Shown here piece by piece: positions 55,619 to 64,000 of a stretch of DNA of 64,000 nucleotides. Position numbers and translations under genes: made by a program. Below the pieces are notes generated by a model. It did no database searches and was not told where the DNA came from. It saw only the letters and a list, made by a program, of their open reading frames with translations. The stretch comes from Octopus vulgaris (taxonomy: Eukaryota): NCBI GenBank assembly GCA_951406725.2, contig OX597830.1:36146001-36210000 (forward strand). The letters run 5' to 3'. The number at the start of each line of letters is the position of its first letter. The first letter of the stretch is position 1.

Positions 55619-56035
55619 CAATCTATTTTATTCGTTGTATTTCACTTTCCTCCCGTTAAATGTATGTTGATTCTAGTTGGAAACTGATCTTCTGTGGTTG
55701 CTTCGGAGCTATTTTTAGCACTAGAGTTATCCACATAGTGGATAACTCTCTAATAATTTATGTATAAATTTGTATTTTCTCCGTAGTTTTTTGTGCTAAG
55801 CCACTTGGTGTTAAATTAATGGTATTATTAAATTAATATCGATTTTTCACCCTCATTTATAATTTTATAAATTTAACTACGCGGCAGTCAATATTTTATT
55901 TGATGCGGCATACGTTTTCAATGGAGTCTAGGCATGCTTTTGGCGCGGAATTTGAGACATAACTAAAAATGTAATTGGTTGGACCGCTCGTGTTTTTGAC
56001 GCTCGAATCGATCTAATTAATTGCATTTCTGACAA

Positions 56036-56111
56036 ACTCTACCGAAGATTTATAGATGTGAGTGTAAGTAAAACTACATATTACATTAGTAATGAAACAA
56101 TTGTATAGAGT
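56036..56111 (+). ncRNA. Hammerhead, array copy 5
   Basis: Same motif, offset +986. Confidence 0.75.
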
Positions 56112-56255
56112 CAATCTATTTTATTCGTTGTATTTCACCTTCCTCCCGTTAAATGTATGTTGATTCTAGTTGGAAACTGATCTTCTGTGGTTGCTTCGGA
56201 GCTATTTTTAGCACTAGAGTTATCCACATAGTGGATAACTCTCTAATAATTTATG

Positions 56256-56358
<103 letters not shown>

Positions 56359-56375
56359 ATGTAATATAATATGAT

Positions 56376-56508
56376 GACAATTATTCAGTTGCCATAATAA
56401 GTTCGAGTTTCGGATGTCGGGGCGGAATAATTGTCACATATATTACAGATAAATTCCTCTATTTACATAATATCAAGGTCTCTTTCATTCTTTTGTTGTC
56501 TTACCATT
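56376..56508. mobile_element. Rearranged (partly inverted) copy of the HHR element at 27900-28060
   Basis: About 56376-56427 is colinear with 27976-28028; about 56425-56506 is the reverse complement of 27901-27986. Confidence 0.7.
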
Positions 56509-56512
56509 ACTA

Positions 56513-56568
<56 letters not shown>

Positions 56569-56576
56569 TATAGAAG

Positions 56577-56628
56577 GAGTTCTACAGGACTAGAACTGTT
56601 TCATTCAAAAGAAATCATCAGGAAGCTC
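56577..56628 (-). ncRNA. Mirror-image hammerhead with a 1-nt deletion in the stem I 3' strand
   Basis: Left arm of the palindrome; the 3' strand reads GAA-CTC. Confidence 0.7.
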
Positions 56629-56630
56629 CT

Positions 56631-56683
56631 GAGCTTCCTGATGATTTCTTTTGAATGAAACAGTTCTAGTCCTGTAGAAGCTC
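56631..56683 (+). ncRNA. Type-I hammerhead with canonical core
   Basis: GAGCTTC CTGATGA T TTC-TTTT-GAA T GAA ACAG-TTCTAGTC-CTGT A GAAGCTC. Stem I 7 bp, stem III 4 bp, triplet GUA with predicted cut after 56676. Confidence 0.85.
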
Positions 56684-56764
56684 CTTCTATATAATAAATT
56701 AATTTACTCTGCTATGTATTGAGTACCTTATTTACTGTGGTTAACCCCGACTCAACCCGGGACC

Positions 56765-56806
<42 letters not shown>

Positions 56807-57492
56807 ACGGGCTTCTTTCAGTTTCTGTCAACCAAATCCACTCACAAGGTTTTGATCGGCCCAAGGCTATAGTAAAAAACTCTTGCCCAAGATGAAACAT
56901 ATATATGTGTATATATATATATATTCGCCCTCATCTTCCCGCTGTCAGCGTTATGTTCGTATGTCAATCGTTTGTGCTGGCTTAATACTCATATAAAAGT
57001 ATTCCTCATTTTCCTCCTCTATGCAATCGTTCATTTTGGTGTGTATCACTCATCAAATAATCTTTTGAAAAGTTTAAAGTTCAAACATAAATTCAAATTT
57101 ATTTAAACATTCTTTCATAATTTCTTTATTTAAACTTAAGTTGTTGTTGTTTTTCTTTTTGAGTGAGTAAACAATTAAGTTTGAGAAAAAGAAAAAGCGG
57201 AAAATAGAGTTGAAATTTAATTAAAATTAAAACGCTCCCGATACAACTTTAGGAGAAAAAAAATAAATGGTAGGAAAAATTTTAGATTTTGTAAAAGATT
57301 GTATATGTGATCTTATATTAAATGATTAATTTCGGGGGAAAAGAAAATTTGTAAAGAACCAAATGAGGATGCAGGCGAAAGAATTTATACGTTGTTCTTA
57401 TCTCAAAAAATTATTAGGAAATGTTATGCATTCATTCAAGGTTCAGTTTTTTAATTAGTAAATCTCTTTTCTTTTTTTTACTTTCCTTCTTC

Positions 57493-57580
<88 letters not shown>

Positions 57581-58159
57581 GCAGTGCCCTATAACAGAAT
57601 AGAAACCCTATCCTATTGCACCATCATAGCCTTTTCAATGACCTTATGTAAAATAGCTTCAACAAGCAATACATAGAACATAGCAAACAGATGTATATGT
57701 GCGTGTGTTTGTGTGTGTGTGTGCTTGTGTGTATGTGTGTAGAGAGAGAGGGGAGAGGGAGCGAGATAGGGAGAAAGAGGAAGAGGGAGAACGAGACGAT
57801 CGATAAAAATAGTACTAGAAGAAAATTTATATGCAAATGCAAAACATACATTATGTCAAGTCTCCGCAGCTTATCTTTTCTATATATTTATATCTTCGTA
57901 TTAAAGTATTATGTATTGATTTTAAATTAAAGAAAACAAGACCGAGTATATATATAATATATGGAAAAGAGATATCATCGTTCGGGGAGGAAAATAAAAA
58001 GGGACGATGTGGTGAACGTTTGCATATCAAAATTGAAATATCGTGTGAAACAGATTGTGGGGAATAACTAGTCTTTAGGAAAACGTCGGAAAAATTAACA
58101 CAAAAAGCAAATATAAGAAACCGCCATTCAAGCACTAAGCTTTCCTCTAATCTATAGAT

Positions 58160-58190
<31 letters not shown>

Positions 58191-58191
58191 G

Positions 58192-58250
<59 letters not shown>

Positions 58251-58820
58251 CAATACACACATATATATATAGCAATATATATATATATACATATACATAG
58301 AGTAATACATTTATGTATATAGATATATTTATATGTATATTTGTTTGTGCGTGTAGGTAGGTGTTCGGGATGTGGAGATAGGTATGACGGTCGCTAGGTA
58401 CGTGTGTGGGCGGGTATGAGTGTATGTGGAAAATGTGTGTGGTGAGAGTATTGTTTGTGTATAGAATGCACATTGGGTTACACATATATGGGCTTAAATA
58501 TATCTCTGCTGTCACTATATAGTCGTGTGAGCGTTAAAGAATGTGTGTGTGTATAAAAATACAAAGAGGACGGGGTTGGGAGATAGGCAGCGAATGATAG
58601 ACAGATGAAATATATATGAATATAAGAAGATAGATAGATAGATCTGGAATGATTTGCTTACAAAATTAAGTAACCATGACGCTTTCCTCCCTCTTGTTGT
58701 AGAGAGGTTATATACCTCCAGTCATTTGAGTCGAGTCTGTCTGAAGAGTAGCCAATACGGCTAAGCGCATTATAAGTGTTAAGCAACGGTCCCTCTTTGA
58801 TCGGTCAAAACAAACAACGT

Positions 58821-58862
<42 letters not shown>

Positions 58863-59214
58863 TGTGTGTGTGTGCGCGCGCACATGTGTGCATATGTGTG
58901 CGTATGTGTGCGTATGGGTATATATATAAGAAATGTGTGTATCTGTGTCTGTGTCTGCATGCAAATACATCATATGAAACAGAGAGAGAGAGAAAGATAT
59001 AGACGGGCATATAGACAAACAAATACGGCGATAGATAATAGTTACATAGATAGAGACAGTCAGACAGACAAACAGACAGGCAGGCAGGCAGGTAAAAGCC
59101 TAGAATTAATTGGCGGTAGATATAATGAAGACAACGTTATTGACAGTGTATGTATCAAGGGCTCATTTGAGAATATTCCATTTCCAATCACACCACATGC
59201 AACACAACCAACTT

Positions 59215-59245
<31 letters not shown>

Positions 59246-59687
59246 TATATCTATATAGGCATTTGTGTGTGTGCGTGTATGTGTGTGTGTGTGTGTGTGT
59301 GATCTTATGTCTGCCTGTGTGTTTGCATGTGCTTATGTGTATGCTATATGCATATGTGTGGCCATGCTTCAATGAGGGTCTGTCTAGGCATGTGTATATT
59401 TATCTTTGATCAGTTGTATAATACGATTTTCAATATGCGTGATTGAGAGACTCGAAGTGAAAAACGAGCCGTCGTGCAGGAGAAAAGAAAGAGACAGCGT
59501 AATCTAATAACACACACACACACACACACACACGTACGCACATGCACGCACACATTTAAACTTAAGCAAGCATCTACTCTTGGGCGTACGGACGATAGGA
59601 ATACCATAGTTAATTGTAGGATAACGCGTCTTTTTTATACATAAACACGCATCCCGTAAACATTTATATATATATATATACACACAC

Positions 59688-59751
<64 letters not shown>

Positions 59752-59835
59752 GTATATATACATATACACATGCATATATATGTATATCTATGTGCATATG
59801 TATACGTATATATACATATATATATGTATATATGC

Positions 59836-59914
<79 letters not shown>

Positions 59915-60174
59915 AAATAGTTTCAGATGTATGTACATGCATTAATTTAAGAATATATCATACACGTGTGAACATGTATAAGTACATATATATATATAAA
60001 TATGTAGGTATTTATATAAACGTATATCTGTATATATATATTTATACATATGTTTATCTATATAAGTATGTATATGTGCATGTGTGTGTCTGTATGTATA
60101 CCTAACATGTACGTACATATATATATGTACGTATATGTCCATATAAATACGCATGTATTTATGTATATGAGTGA

Positions 60175-60226
<52 letters not shown>

Positions 60227-60519
60227 TTGGTTTTCTATATACCGCCAAATAAAACCAAGCATTGACTTAATTTGAATGAAATTTAATTGACATGTACGGA
60301 CCGTTTTCACCAACGTCATCAGGTGATTATTGTGCAACATCTGTTGATAATAAGATCATTTCACCTTCTCCGGCTTCATTAAGCCATTATTTAGACGCTA
60401 TTCACTTTTCAGGGTCACAAGGACCCTGAATATCTTACATAAACCCTTATTAGTCTAAGAATCATGTCTGCTTAAATGAACTCTCACACTCTCTTTCACT
60501 CTTTAGCTGTGTCTCTTTC

Positions 60520-60550
<31 letters not shown>

Positions 60551-60611
60551 GGGTTCACACGCGCGCCCACACCCTGACACACACACACACACACATATAT
60601 ATGATAGATGG

Positions 60612-60678
<67 letters not shown>

Positions 60679-60922
60679 ACGTATACATAAATATATGTGC
60701 ATGTCTATATGCAGTGATCTATATTTAAGTTTGTATATGTATATATATTCATATTTATTTATGTACGAGTATGCATATCAAATTTATATACAAACACATA
60801 TCCATATACATATATATACACACATACATATATACAAATATATATATATATATATACATATATATATAGAGAGAGATTTATGTATATAATTATACATTTA
60901 TATGTATATGTGTGTGTGTATA

Positions 60923-60992
<70 letters not shown>

Positions 60993-61089
60993 ATACACAT
61001 ATATATATATACACACACACATACATATACTCATATATATGTGTATGGATGAATATACAGAATATATACAGATTTTATTGTTACTTTAT

Positions 61090-61139
<50 letters not shown>

Positions 61140-61486
61140 GCATATATACATCCTTTTCCACGCATCATTTTCTAAGTAAGTTATATATATCTATATATAT
61201 ATATATATCAACATATATACATATATGTAATTGTGTATGTATATATATATATATGTACTTATATGTGCTTGTGCGTGTATTTGTAAGTCTGTGTGTGTGT
61301 AAATATGACTAGAGTATTAATAAAGTTAACTACTCTTTGAAGTTAGAAATGTACGTGGTTACGAATTTCGAACCGCCTTCCTGTCAGATCGGACAACTGT
61401 CTTGTAGTATAACCTCTGGATGAGCCTCCCCCTTTTTTAAATGCGTTATGTGCATGTGCATGTAACTGTGAGTGCTTGTGTGTGTT

Positions 61487-61538
<52 letters not shown>

Positions 61539-61540
61539 TT

Positions 61541-61571
<31 letters not shown>

Positions 61572-61595
61572 GCAGATAGATATATAGATACATGC

Positions 61596-61650
<55 letters not shown>

Positions 61651-61671
61651 TTCATATATATTTGTATATAG

Positions 61672-61702
<31 letters not shown>

Positions 61703-61740
61703 ATATATTTACAGAAATATATATGTATGTATATATGTGA

Positions 61741-62070
61741 ATGCGCATGGCTCAGTGCTTAGAGCGTTGGGCTTACGATAGTGAGGTTGTGAGTTCGAAT
61801 CTGGAACGGGCTGCGTGTTGTGTTCTTGAACAAGACACATTATTTCACTTTGCTCTAGTTCACTCAGTTGTAGAAATGAGCTGCGACGTCACAGGTGCCA
61901 AGCTGTATCAGCACCTTTGCCTTTCCCTTGGATGACATCGGTGGCGTGGAGAGGGGAGGCCGGTATACATAGGCGATTGCTGTTCTTCCATAAACAACTT
62001 TGCCCGGACTTGTTCCATGCAGGGGGACATTCTAGGTGCTATGCCATGATCAATTATGACCGAAGGGGAT
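61741..62070 (+). mobile_element. tRNA-headed CORE-like SINE (family D)
   Basis: TGGCTCAGTGC A-box, GAGTTCGAATC B-box, GTGTTCTTGAACAAGACAC core-like segment. Confidence 0.7.
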
Positions 62071-63294
62071 ATCAAATATGTATGTATATATATATATATA
62101 TATATATATAATCTATAATTCTTTTATTCTTTTACGTTTTTTTTTCTCTTGACTGCGGCCATACTGGAGTACCGCCATTGAAAGTTTTTTTTAGTCCAAC
62201 AAAACGATTTGCGGTGATAAAATACTCGAGTTTTGAAGAATGAAGTTTCCATTTACAATATACTCTGTATAAAGTTTGAGCACTTTATTCTTCTTTCGTT
62301 TATAAACTATAACATTTGGATGTGTGTGTTCAATCAGTGTATTTGTGTATTTGTTTAATCTGTGTGAGTATGTGTGCCTGTGTAATGTGTATGCCTGTGT
62401 GTACGTGTGTACGTATGTGCTTGAGTGTGTATGTATGTGCACCATTCGAAATTAAATCCTGTCACCCATTTATTCTTTCGCTTCTTCTGCTGCAGCCTTT
62501 CATAACCTAGCGACGTTTGCAATGTTGCAATCGAAATGTTCCTTCTTAAAAGGCATGTTTATCTTTGTGTGTAACAAATATTTGTTATGTATATGCCTTG
62601 CCTTTGTTAATTTGTATCAGTAAGAAAAACAAACACACATATAATGACATTATTATCACCATGAACCACCATGAAGCATTATTATCGTTGTGGTTCGTTC
62701 GTTGAAAGTTTATAATTAAATTTCCTTAGACAGCTTCATTAATGTACAGTAGTATTTTTAGTTAAAGACAACGCTATTAAGGTGTTTCTTCCTGTTGCTT
62801 TTGATAATTTTTCGAATTTTATTCTTAGTTACACTTTGTCATTTTTATTTTTATGATGATTTTTTTTATCGTTAATTACAAACATTTGTCGTGAGATAAA
62901 GGTAATATAAAGAGTAATAAAAGTTAAAATAGAGATGATAATAATCGTTTATTTATTTGTAAGAAGGGTGACAGATAAAGAGACATTACAAATAAAAAAA
63001 TTACAAAAGCAGTGAGGTATTTACATAGAATCAACCATACGAAAATAGGTACAACATTATAGAATGAGGAAAGTATACTTTGAAATTTCATTATTGGAAC
63101 ACCTCTTTGGTGCCTCATGAAAATCAGCAGACCCCGGATTACCCTTACCGCTAAAGAAAGTATCGTCTAATCGTGTTTCTCGGCCTAGAGGTACATTCTA
63201 AGAGTAAACTCATTCACTTGGGTTACACTCGCCGCTCTCACCCAACTTTCAGCAAATTCAATGCAAGACACTCCCTGCTTCTACTTCCTCATCT

Positions 63295-63404
63295 TCGGCC
63301 CGAAGCTATAGTAGAAGACACTTGCCTAAGGTGCCACGCAGTGGGACTGAATCCGGAACCATGTGGTTGGTAAGCAAGCTTCTTACCACACAGCCACTCC
63401 TGTG

Positions 63405-63406
<2 letters not shown>
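63295..63406 (-). mobile_element. CORE-type SINE (family B), 5' half
   Basis: GCTATAGTAGAAGACACTTGCCTAAGGTGCCACGCAGTGGGACTGAA. Confidence 0.8.
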
Positions 63407-63454
<48 letters not shown>

Positions 63455-63489
63455 TACATACATACATACATACAAACAGACAGACAAAC

Positions 63490-63587
<98 letters not shown>

Positions 63588-64000
63588 ATAGATAACAAAT
63601 TAAAAGGGTGGCTTATTAGCAATTAGATCCTAAAGGCAAAATTAATAGAGGTCACAAAAATGACTGAGGCTGCTTAAATAAGAGTTAAGAGTTAGTTCTT
63701 ATTTTAGCATAAGCAGTGCTAGTCAGCACCCTCCCTCACTTTTGTGATCTTTTTTAATATAAGTATATATACATATGTATGTATAAATGTATATATATAT
63801 ACATGTGTGTGTGTGCGTGTGCGTGTGTATATATATTCATATATATATGTAAATTCATACGTGCATACATATATATATACACATGCATACGTGTGTGTCT
63901 CTTTGCACTTGTGTTTGTCCTCACCACTGCTTGATAACATGTTATTTTGCGTCCACACAGCATTAGCACATTAGCTGTCCGGCAAAAAGAGAACGATAGA

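Larger units (their letters stand above)
56560..56700. repeat. Near-perfect 141-bp palindrome (about 70-bp arms, CT spacer, one indel) containing two hammerheads
   Basis: Arms at 56560-56628 and 56631-56700. Confidence 0.95.

Noticed and set aside
61741-61815. tRNA gene (also at 20566, 52160 and the family A/B heads)
   Set aside because: A and B boxes are present, but there is no proper acceptor stem and the sequence continues into SINE bodies.

Overview
AT-rich eukaryotic, almost entirely repeat-derived DNA with no credible intact host gene. Nearly all ORFs in the track are translations of (TA)n, (CA)n, (GATA)n, (ACAT)n or trinucleotide microsatellites. The SINE repertoire looks like octopus/coleoid cephalopod DNA (inference from recalled repeat families, not from a search). 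Mobile elements seen: at least four tRNA-headed SINE families, R4/Dong-type non-LTR retrotransposon fragments stacked in (TAA)n and (ACAT)n tracts, a decayed mariner with TIRs, three mariner-derived MITEs, a non-autonomous Helitron, a probable hAT-type transposase remnant, and two Penelope-like (GIY-YIG) remnants. The main result is a set of about 15 type-I hammerhead ribozyme (HHR) motifs from several sequence families, folded by hand. They are densest at 50.2-56.8 kb: a 493-bp tandem array with one HHR per unit that flips orientation midway, a 117-bp HHR dimer, and a 141-bp palindrome with back-to-back HHRs, all sitting in or beside (TA)n. This looks like a retrozyme / Penelope-LTR-like self-cleaving RNA system. 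Its activity is untested.
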